A stretch of 60,804 nucleotides of DNA from a virus (Duplodnaviria; Caudoviricetes). The stretch spans positions 1 to 60,804 of IMG/VR virus record IMGVR_UViG_3300036760_000364. One strand, given 5' to 3'. Below, in pieces: positions 16,394 through 24,429 of this stretch; the stretch's first letter is position 1; each line of letters opens with the position of its first letter. The translations under genes were made by a program, and so were the position numbers. The notes under the pieces were generated by a model that saw only the letters and a list, made by a program, of their open reading frames with translations, made no database searches and was not told where the DNA came from.

Positions 16394-16597
16394 ATGAAAT
16401 CCATCTGCAACCATGCTGACTTTAACTGTATCAGAATTGATGTTCCCTGTCGTCATGCCACTCTGCATGATGCTGTCGAGGAAGGCTACCATACCTGCAT
16501 GAATTCGGGCGGGGTATGCAAGATTAAAGGAAAGGAAGTCAAGTGTGTTCCGGTAGACGTGGTAAGCGACACAACAGAGCCACAGGTGTGGAATTGA
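16394..16597 (+). CDS. Cys-rich hypothetical protein
   Basis: C.H...C...C.HA..H...C pattern; coupled to the holin. Confidence 0.55.
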   Translation: MKSICNHADFNCIRIDVPCRHATLHDAVEEGYHTCMNSGGVCKIKGKEVKCVPVDVVSDTTEPQVWN

Positions 16598-16878
16598 TGG
16601 GGGAGTTCAGAAAGTACCTCTACCGCTTTGGATTCCTGTTGGCAGCCCTGGCTTTAGCCTATGCAACTGCACTTGACCCGCAGAGTCTCCAGCGGCTTAT
16701 TTGGAAAGGCACACAGGTTGTATTTGCGGTAGCTCTGGCTGAACTTATCTGGATGATTTTCTTTAAGATGCTCATTGGTAAAATGGAAAAGATGAAAGGT
16801 CATGACTTACGGTCGTATGCGTTTCTTCGTGCTATTATTTATGGTTCTGTTATCCTGGCAGTCGGCCTGGGGCTCTAA
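16597..16878 (+). CDS. Putative holin
   Basis: Three hydrophobic segments; precedes the endolysin. Confidence 0.7.
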   Translation: MGEFRKYLYRFGFLLAALALAYATALDPQSLQRLIWKGTQVVFAVALAELIWMIFFKMLIGKMEKMKGHDLRSYAFLRAIIYGSVILAVGLGL

Positions 16879-17398
16879 CTACCGGCCCGACCTATGTGAG
16901 AAGTTTGTCAGGATAATTGTGCAGGAGAGTGAATACACCTGGGGGCTCAATGCAGAATGGTGGACAGTTGGAGGACAGATAGAACATGAGAGTGCCTGCA
17001 AGGAATGGATTACGGCCCCGGATGAAGGACGAGGGCTCGGGCAGTTCATGGATGCTACGGCGAAGATACTTCAGAAAAGAGAACCGAGACTTCAGGAACT
17101 CAGTATACAGCCTTGTCCCTATGACCCTGCCTGGTCAATCCGGGCGGTCGTTCTCTTCGACAACTGGCTCATGGCAAGAACGTCTTGCCCAGGTTGGTAT
17201 TTTATTCTCAGAGCCTATAATGGCGGATTCCTTATCAACAAGGAAATTGCCCGAGCGGGCAGTTGTAATATCAAAAGCGTCGAGGCGTGTTGCAGAAGAA
17301 AACTTCAACCTCTCGACATGTGTAAAATCAACATCAGTTATCCCATAACCATCGGGAAGCTTGCAAAAAAATGGAGGAAAAGATATGTCTACCCTTAA
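16802..17398 (+). CDS. Lytic transglycosylase (SLT) endolysin with N-terminal signal
   Basis: QIEHES, GLGQFM, AYNGG motifs. Confidence 0.88.
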   Translation: MTYGRMRFFVLLFMVLLSWQSAWGSNYRPDLCEKFVRIIVQESEYTWGLNAEWWTVGGQIEHESACKEWITAPDEGRGLGQFMDATAKILQKREPRLQELSIQPCPYDPAWSIRAVVLFDNWLMARTSCPGWYFILRAYNGGFLINKEIARAGSCNIKSVEACCRRKLQPLDMCKINISYPITIGKLAKKWRKRYVYP

Positions 17399-17492
17399 GG
17401 AGAAGTTTCTGGCTCACCCAATTTGGACGGTGATTGTGCTGGGTATTGCTCTTGTGATTGCGGTCAGGTTTGTTAGTTGTGCGGTCAGGTAA
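17385..17492 (+). CDS. 35-aa single-TM peptide
   Basis: GGAGG RBS; MSTLKEKFLAHPIWTVIVLGIALVIAVRFVSCAVR. Confidence 0.6.
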   Translation: MSTLKEKFLAHPIWTVIVLGIALVIAVRFVSCAVR

Positions 17493-17606
17493 ATGACCGA
17501 GCAAATAATAATCTTGCTGGTGCTGGCCGGGGTTTCGATTATCATCGGAATCATCAAGGGGCTCAGGAAAGTCAGGGATGCAAAGAACCCACAAAAATCT
17601 GATTAG
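17493..17606 (+). CDS. 37-aa single-TM peptide
   Basis: TAA-ATG abutting; MTEQIIILLVLAGVSIIIGIIKGLRKVRDAKNPQKSD. Confidence 0.6.
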   Translation: MTEQIIILLVLAGVSIIIGIIKGLRKVRDAKNPQKSD

Positions 17607-17673
17607 TCTGTTTGTCGGGCTGCTGTTAATGTTGGCCTTCGGGATGACATTTGCGGATTTCGGCGTCAAATGA
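17578..17673 (+). CDS. 31-aa single-TM peptide
   Basis: MQRTHKNLISLFVGLLLMLAFGMTFADFGVK; ATGA-coupled to the next gene. Confidence 0.5.
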   Translation: MQRTHKNLISLFVGLLLMLAFGMTFADFGVK

Positions 17674-17987
17674 AGAAATGGCTTATTGGAATTATTATTG
17701 TACTGGTGCTTGGGATACTCATGATGGCTCTCATACCGAGAGATCTCTTCAATTCAATCCTCTTTGACCTCCAGAACATCATCATGCGCCACGAACAGAA
17801 CAAGATTGTGAGTAAGGAAGCTGAAGTCAAAGGAATCGAACAGACCGTGAAGGGGCTGCTTGAACAAAACGCAAGACAGGCCAAAACCATTGAGCAACTT
17901 CGAACCCAACGGGCACAGATCAAACCTACAAAGGACACTCAGGAATTAAAACGGGCTTTTGCCCAATTAGGATACCCCCCAAAATGA
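17670..17987 (+). CDS. Spanin-like membrane-anchored coiled-coil protein
   Basis: N-terminal TM plus coiled coil, in the lysis cassette. Confidence 0.55.
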   Translation: MKKWLIGIIIVLVLGILMMALIPRDLFNSILFDLQNIIMRHEQNKIVSKEAEVKGIEQTVKGLLEQNARQAKTIEQLRTQRAQIKPTKDTQELKRAFAQLGYPPK

Positions 17988-18424
17988 CCCGGGCAAGACA
18001 TGATTTGCTGGTAATCTGGATCAGGATTTTATTGATATGCGGGGTGTTGGTGCTTGGGATGTGCGTAAAAGCCCGGGCAGACGACACCATATGTTTTGAT
18101 TTCTCGGTTGCACAGCCCATGCTCCTGGAACTTCAACAGTGCCGAATCACCGACAGGATTTCCGACGAGCAGCAGGCAGAGATTGACACCCTCAAACAGC
18201 TTGTACAGGGGAAGGATCAGATCATTAAAATCAAAGATGACATCATTGCCGCAAAGGACATGCAGATTCGTACCCTGCAGGCCGCCGAGATTGTAAAGAG
18301 CCTTGAGGATGTGGTGAGTGTGCAGGGAAGTGTAATAGAAAAGCTGCGACCCTCAAGCGCAACCGGGATTGCAAGATTCGGGCTGGTAATATTGAGCATA
18401 TTGACATTCGGGTTGATTCATTAG
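17984..18424 (+). CDS. Spanin-like protein (signal, coiled coil, C-terminal TM)
   Basis: Hydrophobic ends, heptad core, lysis context. Confidence 0.5.
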   Translation: MTRARHDLLVIWIRILLICGVLVLGMCVKARADDTICFDFSVAQPMLLELQQCRITDRISDEQQAEIDTLKQLVQGKDQIIKIKDDIIAAKDMQIRTLQAAEIVKSLEDVVSVQGSVIEKLRPSSATGIARFGLVILSILTFGLIH

Positions 18425-18460
18425 GGATACCAAATAATACCCACGAAAGGAGCAAGAAAG

Positions 18461-18662
18461 ATGGCAGAAAGCGTTGGACTCAAAAAGTGGCGGGCAAAAC
18501 AAAAAAAAGGGCGCAATTATGAAACCCTCGACTTTTCAGGATATTAAAGACCGAGCAATTAAGCAGGGTTTGTCTGAAGCAAGGGCCTCTAATGTTGCCG
18601 GAGCCGCCTATTGGAATGCAGCCGAAAAGAAATATCCCAAACACGGGAAGGAAAAGAAATGA
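18461..18662 (+). pseudogene. Small basic protein frameshifted in an A8 run
   Basis: AAGGAG RBS and ATG 18461; removing one A at 18501-18508 gives MAESVGLKKWRAKQKKGAIMKPSTF...AGAAYW. Confidence 0.6.
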
Positions 18663-19018
18663 GCTTTAAAACATTTGCGCAGAAGGTCAGATTGGTTCTT
18701 GAAGAGGGTTTTGAAGACCTCCTCCCATTCCTTGAGAAAGTTCTAACGGATGAGTTTAAGGCTCTGAAGCCGATTGTTGAGAAGACAGTTGACTCCATAG
18801 CGGCCCTACCGAACTACAATTCAATGACATTTCTTGAGTGTCTCGGAGTCGCTGTTCCACAGATTATAGCTGAGGCTCTGGTGGTACTCAAAAAGGAAGT
18901 CTCGGTGGGAGTTGTCATTGACCAGATCCAGATAGCACTGGCAAAGAAACAGGCTCTGGCAAAGCAACGGTTAACCCCACCAACAATAACACCACCAACA
19001 GGAACCGTTTCAATCTAA
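18659..19018 (+). CDS. Hypothetical protein
   Basis: ATGA-coupled MSFKTF start; directly upstream of TerL. Confidence 0.7.
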   Translation: MSFKTFAQKVRLVLEEGFEDLLPFLEKVLTDEFKALKPIVEKTVDSIAALPNYNSMTFLECLGVAVPQIIAEALVVLKKEVSVGVVIDQIQIALAKKQALAKQRLTPPTITPPTGTVSI

Positions 19019-19019
19019 G

Positions 19020-20459
19020 ATGCCCATTCAGTCCAACAAAGACGCTATTAAAGTCAAGCTCAGGATGATAGAGCTTGAAAAGAAAATCAATGATTACAAA
19101 GAAACGCACAAGATTGAATCCTTTAAACCTTTACCATATCAGGCAAAGGTCATTGAGTTCATCAAACTCGGCAAGAAAACTGTCTTGTTTCAAGGTGCAA
19201 ACCGGATAGGTAAAACCCTGGTCGGGGTTAATCTTGCAGGAGCTTTCTCACTGGGCTGTAAGATCCCCTGGGGATCCAAAGATGAATTGTACCCCTCTGA
19301 AGCCGCAAAGGTTAATAAAGGTCGCAAGGTCATCGGGCGTATAGTGGTAAATGACTGGGAAAAAGCTGCCCGGGACACTATTGTGCCAAAGCTTAAAGAA
19401 TGGCTTCCGCTTGGAACCTATGAGACCAAAAAGAACAATGTAGGAGTTGAACACGAGTTTGTGTTTCCCAAGACAGGAAGCAAGTTTTCCATTCTTACCT
19501 ATAAAGAGGATACCAAATCCCACGAGGGTTGGACAGGAGACTGGGTCTGGTTTGATGAGCCGCCTCCAAAAGACAAGTATCGGGCAAACCGTAGAGGTCT
19601 TGTGTCCACATCGGGTCTTGTCTTTATCTCCATGACCGCACTTGATCAACCCTGGATTCTTGATGATATTGCTCTTGCAAATGACCCGACAATGGGAGTA
19701 ATTGGCGATATACCAATGAAAGCGAATCCTTATTTAAACCAGAGTGATATCGATATCTATGCGAATTCTTGTACCGATGATGAAAAAATTGCCTGTATCG
19801 AAGGCGGATGGCTTCAGTTATCGGGGCGAATCTGGAAAGGTTTTAACAAGGACATCCATGTGGTTGACCCGTTTAAAATCCCTCCTGATTGGCCTGTGCA
19901 GTTTCAAATCGATTTCCATCTCAATCTCCCCCACGCTATTATCTTTTATGCAGTTGACCACTACAATCGGTTGTTTTTCTTCAATGAAGTTTGGGAGAAT
20001 ATGGGAACTGAGGATCTTGCCAACGAAATTATCCGAGTTAAACAGTCAAAGGTACTGCGACTGGACTACGGGGAGATCGATGCCCTCTCAAAGGGCGACA
20101 CCTCATACATAAAGAATCGCTTCGGTAAGGCTGAAGATTCATTTACGATTATAACTCGTATTCTGGCACAGCGTGGTATCAAACTTGGGGTTGGCAGCAA
20201 GGATGAAAAATCCTACATTCGTGCCGTTGAAACCAAACTCAAGGGCGAGAATGGAATGCCTACTCTGTTTATCTTTCGGGATTGTCCTGAAACCATCAAG
20301 CAGGTGCAGCGTTGGAGCTATGACGACTTCGGCACTCCAAAAAGCGATGGGCATTTTCCAGAGTGCATCGGGCGTGCCACACAGACCGGTCTTAAATACA
20401 CCCCCTACAGGAGATTTCCCGTTAAGCAACAGCAGATTTCGGTGGGAGCATTTACGTAG
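19020..20459 (+). CDS. terL: Terminase large subunit
   Basis: Walker A GANRIGKT, Walker B WVWFDEPP, SMTA motif, RNase H-like IDFH nuclease domain. Confidence 0.93.
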   Translation: MPIQSNKDAIKVKLRMIELEKKINDYKETHKIESFKPLPYQAKVIEFIKLGKKTVLFQGANRIGKTLVGVNLAGAFSLGCKIPWGSKDELYPSEAAKVNKGRKVIGRIVVNDWEKAARDTIVPKLKEWLPLGTYETKKNNVGVEHEFVFPKTGSKFSILTYKEDTKSHEGWTGDWVWFDEPPPKDKYRANRRGLVSTSGLVFISMTALDQPWILDDIALANDPTMGVIGDIPMKANPYLNQSDIDIYANSCTDDEKIACIEGGWLQLSGRIWKGFNKDIHVVDPFKIPPDWPVQFQIDFHLNLPHAIIFYAVDHYNRLFFFNEVWENMGTEDLANEIIRVKQSKVLRLDYGEIDALSKGDTSYIKNRFGKAEDSFTIITRILAQRGIKLGVGSKDEKSYIRAVETKLKGENGMPTLFIFRDCPETIKQVQRWSYDDFGTPKSDGHFPECIGRATQTGLKYTPYRRFPVKQQQISVGAFT

Positions 20460-20767
20460 AATGAACAGAGTGTCCATAAACAGTAGCTGTTCATAAATAA
20501 TGAACACCAGAACACCAGTATATTCCGAGTGTCGAAAGTAGGCTGTAGAGATGACAAATGGCGCACAGGATATAGTAAAGTATATGAACCGCAAACATAA
20601 AATACATCTTATCTGGACTTGCTCTGCCTGGTTATGCGGCAGATTTCAAAGGCTGCTGCAGGAGCTCTCAATGTTGCTTGAGTCAAAATCCAGCCACATC
20701 ACAATAACATTTGCTGTGTCTTACATAATCACAACGATAATCATGTTTATATTAGAAGGAGTCTAAA

Positions 20768-22912
20768 ATGCCACTTGAACCCTCACCACTTACACCATTT
20801 AAAACCGCTGATCAGGTTGTCAAAGAAGCCGAACAGAAGGCTCGTGACCTGACTGCAAAAGCCAGAGAGGGTGAACCCGTACTTCAAAACCTTGTGGCGC
20901 ATATTCGGGACAGATGGCAACTGGCCCAAAACGCTAAAGCCACCCGCATTGAACCCCGGCTCCTCAAGTGCAAACGAGCCGTCCGACAGGAGTACGAAGC
21001 CGGAAAACTCAAAGCAATTCAGGAACTCTACGGCAAGGAATTTGACCCTCCCTATCCACCTATCATTGCCACCAAGCGGCGTGATCTTGTGGCATGGCTC
21101 AGGGACTTTCTGCTCAGACCCGATGTGGATATTTTTGACATCGAGCCTACTCCTCTACCCGAACTTCCCGGTGACATGAACCAGCAAATCAAGATTCTTG
21201 CCGAACAGCAAGCCTTCAAGATGTTGTTCGATCAGGCTTTCCAAAACAACCAGATCATGGACAAGGAAAGTGTCATGGAACAGGCTGCTCAAATTGTGCC
21301 TCTGATCAAAGACCACGCCATGTCGCAAATCCTCAAAAAGGCCAAAGATGCCGTTGAGAGAATGCAGCAGAAAATCGATGACCAGTTTCAGGAGGGCGAC
21401 TTTGATGTGGCTCTCAAGGAAGTTATTTCCGACATTGGTATGTATCCTAATGCTTTTATCGAGGGGCCTATTCAACAGAAAGTCCTCGTGCAAAAGATGG
21501 TTTACGATACCAAGACCGGCAAGTGGAAAAGCGAGACTCAATCGGAAGTTATCTCGAAATTCGAACGCTTCTCTCCAATGGATGCCTACCCGCAACCTGA
21601 CGCAAAAGGTATCAAGGATGGATATTTTTTTCGTAAGATTCGCCTGACTCCTAAATCCCTGAGTGATTGTCTTGGAGTCAAGGGTTACAGTGATGCCAAC
21701 ATTCGTGAGGTTCTCAAAGCCTTCCGCAGTGGCGGGTTGATCGAGTGGACAAACATCGAAGCCGCACGAGCCCGTCTTGAAGACCGTGATACTGTGGCCT
21801 CCTATGATACCGACAAAATAGACTGTCTCAAATTTTGGGGCACTGCCTCGGGGCGTATGCTTACTGAATGGGCGGGCTCTTCTGAAAAAGCCAGAGAACT
21901 CTATGAAAGAGACCTTGATCCCGAAAAAGAATACCAGATCATCGCCTGGGTCATTAGTAACTATGTTATCAAAGCAATGCTTAATCCTGACCCGCTGGGG
22001 CAGAAGAATGTCTTCATGGCCACCTTCGATGATGACCCGGATAACTTCTGGAGTCCGACTTCGCTGCCTGAATCCCTGTGGGATGTTCAAACTTCCTGTA
22101 ATGCCATTGCGAGAGCGACGGTGCTTACGGTTGGATTCGCAAGTGGCCCCCAAATCGAGTATGATAAAGACAGATTCCCTGATGGAGTTAGTCCCTCCTT
22201 CTATCCCCTCAAGCAGTGGGCAAGTACCGGCGGTCAAATGACTGCCGGTAAGCCCATTAATTTCTGGCAGCCGGAGCTCCTCACTGAACCTCTGCGGTTG
22301 ATTTATGAGTTTTATCGCTCTCTTGCAGATGAGTACAGTGGCATCCCCCGCTATATGCAGGGAGAAAAGAAAGGTTCCAGCCCCACAGCTTCGGGATTTT
22401 CCATGCAGATTTCGCAACAGTCCCGGGGGCTTAAGTCTATCTTAATGAACCTCGACTACGGTATTATCGAACCCGCTGTCAGAGCCCAGTATAACTTCAA
22501 TCTTGAATACGAGGAGGATGTTGACATGGTGGGGGACTGCAAAATCACGGCGAAGGGCTCCTCAAGCGTCATAGCGAAAGAGCAACTGGCCATCAGAAGA
22601 CGTGAGATTCTTGGCGAAGTTGTAGGAAGCCCCATACTTACCCAAATTGTGGGAATGAATGGTATCAAGGAACTGTTCAAAGCCTCGGTGCAACCTGTGG
22701 ATATTGATCTCGACCGGATCTTCAAGGAGGAAGAATTACTCAACGAGATGAGTAAAAATACTCCGCCCCCGCAGCCGCTGCCGGGTCAGCAACCTCCGCA
22801 GGCTAATCAGGGGACACCAGAGCGTCCGATGGGAGTGAATCCTGCGGGTGATAAAGCTTCAGGAGGAGATTTCTTACTCCATCAAACCCCTGAAGGGAAT
22901 TCGCCACAATGA
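20768..22912 (+). CDS. Portal protein
   Basis: 714 aa after TerL; SGPQIE, ADEYSGIPRY, TASGFSM, VGDCKITAKG motifs. Confidence 0.85.
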   Translation: MPLEPSPLTPFKTADQVVKEAEQKARDLTAKAREGEPVLQNLVAHIRDRWQLAQNAKATRIEPRLLKCKRAVRQEYEAGKLKAIQELYGKEFDPPYPPIIATKRRDLVAWLRDFLLRPDVDIFDIEPTPLPELPGDMNQQIKILAEQQAFKMLFDQAFQNNQIMDKESVMEQAAQIVPLIKDHAMSQILKKAKDAVERMQQKIDDQFQEGDFDVALKEVISDIGMYPNAFIEGPIQQKVLVQKMVYDTKTGKWKSETQSEVISKFERFSPMDAYPQPDAKGIKDGYFFRKIRLTPKSLSDCLGVKGYSDANIREVLKAFRSGGLIEWTNIEAARARLEDRDTVASYDTDKIDCLKFWGTASGRMLTEWAGSSEKARELYERDLDPEKEYQIIAWVISNYVIKAMLNPDPLGQKNVFMATFDDDPDNFWSPTSLPESLWDVQTSCNAIARATVLTVGFASGPQIEYDKDRFPDGVSPSFYPLKQWASTGGQMTAGKPINFWQPELLTEPLRLIYEFYRSLADEYSGIPRYMQGEKKGSSPTASGFSMQISQQSRGLKSILMNLDYGIIEPAVRAQYNFNLEYEEDVDMVGDCKITAKGSSSVIAKEQLAIRRREILGEVVGSPILTQIVGMNGIKELFKASVQPVDIDLDRIFKEEELLNEMSKNTPPPQPLPGQQPPQANQGTPERPMGVNPAGDKASGGDFLLHQTPEGNSPQ

Positions 22913-23625
22913 AAATTGACGTTCTAAAATTAATTCAATACATAGTGTGGTATGCCACGGATAGGGGGGTGAAGCTCACCTTTTTGAGATTGGTGAAATT
23001 TCTCTATCTCGTGGACTTGACTTGGGCGAGAGAAAATAAAGGGGAACCACTCACTGGCTGGCCCTGGAAATTTGTATACTATGGGCCTTTTTGCATTGAA
23101 TCTTTGGATGCCATAGAAAAAGCGTATTATTCTGGGTTCATAAAAAAAGATACCTATCCAAGCAAATTTGTTGATGAGGATTACAATCTTTATTGGTGCA
23201 GTGAAAAACCGGATATTTCAGAAAGCATGCCCTCATTTCTTAAGTCTCCGCTCGATGATGCTATTTCCAAATGGGGTGATGATACTTATGGACTTCTGGA
23301 TTACGTCTATTTTGATACCGAACCTATGCTTGATGCCAAGAAAGGTGACTTGTTGGATTTTTCGAAAGCCAGGAAGTTTGAAAAACCAATAGAGATAAAA
23401 ATGCGCAAACTTAATCCAGAAAGTGTTGCTAAAGGTAAAGAAATCCTTGAGAGATTAAAAACAAAATATAAGGAAGAACTTGCGAACAGATCAAAAGGTT
23501 CTCAACCCATTTATGATTATGATGAGGTTTATTATAAGGCTGCACAGTTTTTAGATGAGGAAGACCTTGTGGGCGAACTTTCCGGGAAAGTTTTAATATC
23601 TACCACAGGTACTAATGAACAATGA
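22909..23625 (+). CDS. Panacea/SocA-like (DUF4065) antitoxin-domain protein
   Basis: LTFLRLVKFLYLVD...G.PLTG..W....YGP motif; AT-richer than flanks. Confidence 0.75.
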   Translation: MKIDVLKLIQYIVWYATDRGVKLTFLRLVKFLYLVDLTWARENKGEPLTGWPWKFVYYGPFCIESLDAIEKAYYSGFIKKDTYPSKFVDEDYNLYWCSEKPDISESMPSFLKSPLDDAISKWGDDTYGLLDYVYFDTEPMLDAKKGDLLDFSKARKFEKPIEIKMRKLNPESVAKGKEILERLKTKYKEELANRSKGSQPIYDYDEVYYKAAQFLDEEDLVGELSGKVLISTTGTNEQ

Positions 23626-23876
23626 AACCTACCGATAAGGTACTTAAAGCAATCGCCTCGCTAAAAGACAATCCGCACTTTCAGGAAGTCGTTGAGTGGC
23701 TTAAATGGGAGCGGGACGATGCGGCGCTTTCAAGCTGCCATGAGGCGACTGATGTCGGCAGCCGCTGGATTCAGGGACATGCTCAAATCCTTGAAAAACT
23801 TTTAGTCATTATTAACCATGCTGAGGAAAAGCTTGTTGCTCGCAAGGAACCGGCAAAGCATGGCGTGATTGTATAG
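23622..23876 (+). CDS. Small post-portal protein (Bbp19-like)
   Basis: NPHFQEVVEWL...RWIQG.AQ.L pattern; position. Confidence 0.6.
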   Translation: MKPTDKVLKAIASLKDNPHFQEVVEWLKWERDDAALSSCHEATDVGSRWIQGHAQILEKLLVIINHAEEKLVARKEPAKHGVIV

Positions 23877-23884
23877 GAGGAAAA

Positions 23885-24040
23885 ATGCCAACTGTTAAAC
23901 CACATGAAACGCAGTCGAGTTATGTATCGAGGGCGGTTCCCGTCATTATGCAAGAGGGAGCAACTCAAAAGCAGGCTTTAGGAAAGGCGTATGGAATGTT
24001 TCGTTCAGCCAAAAAGAAAGCACGGAGGAAAAGTAAATGA
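23885..24040 (+). CDS. 51-aa conserved phage protein
   Basis: AGGAGG RBS; MPTVKPHETQSSYVSRAVPVIMQEG..QKQALGKAYGM. Confidence 0.65.
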   Translation: MPTVKPHETQSSYVSRAVPVIMQEGATQKQALGKAYGMFRSAKKKARRKSK

Positions 24041-24255
24041 GTAATCTGACTGAAAATAATCGGTGTCCGTTTTGTGGAGCTCCTCTAACAATGGGTGTGG
24101 GGCATAGTTGTCAGGACAGTGAAGAAAACGAATGGATCTACATGATGGCCGACAGGACGGGGTGTACTGAAGGAGCCCGGGAGAGAGTTGAAATGAATAA
24201 GAAATGGGGTTGGGAGCCCTACAAAAAAGGGGAAATTATATCAAAGGGGGATTGA
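24037..24255 (+). CDS. Zn-ribbon hypothetical protein
   Basis: CPFCG...H.C; ATGA-coupled. Confidence 0.55.
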   Translation: MSNLTENNRCPFCGAPLTMGVGHSCQDSEENEWIYMMADRTGCTEGARERVEMNKKWGWEPYKKGEIISKGD

Positions 24256-24429
24256 TGGGGAGGTATCGGTGAAAGGTTATTTGAAGGTTATTATTACTAC
24301 AGTTATTTTAAGTGAGCTATATATTGCACTCCTGAAGTGCATTTGGGGTGTGTCGGTATGGTAACTCTTCTTTTAATATGGGGTTATACAAATCGTCCAT
24401 GGGGCATCGAAATAGAGGAAAAGAAATAA

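Noticed and set aside
21155-22417. 420-aa minus-strand ORF
   Set aside because: Lies wholly antisense to the portal gene, with no RBS or recognisable motifs
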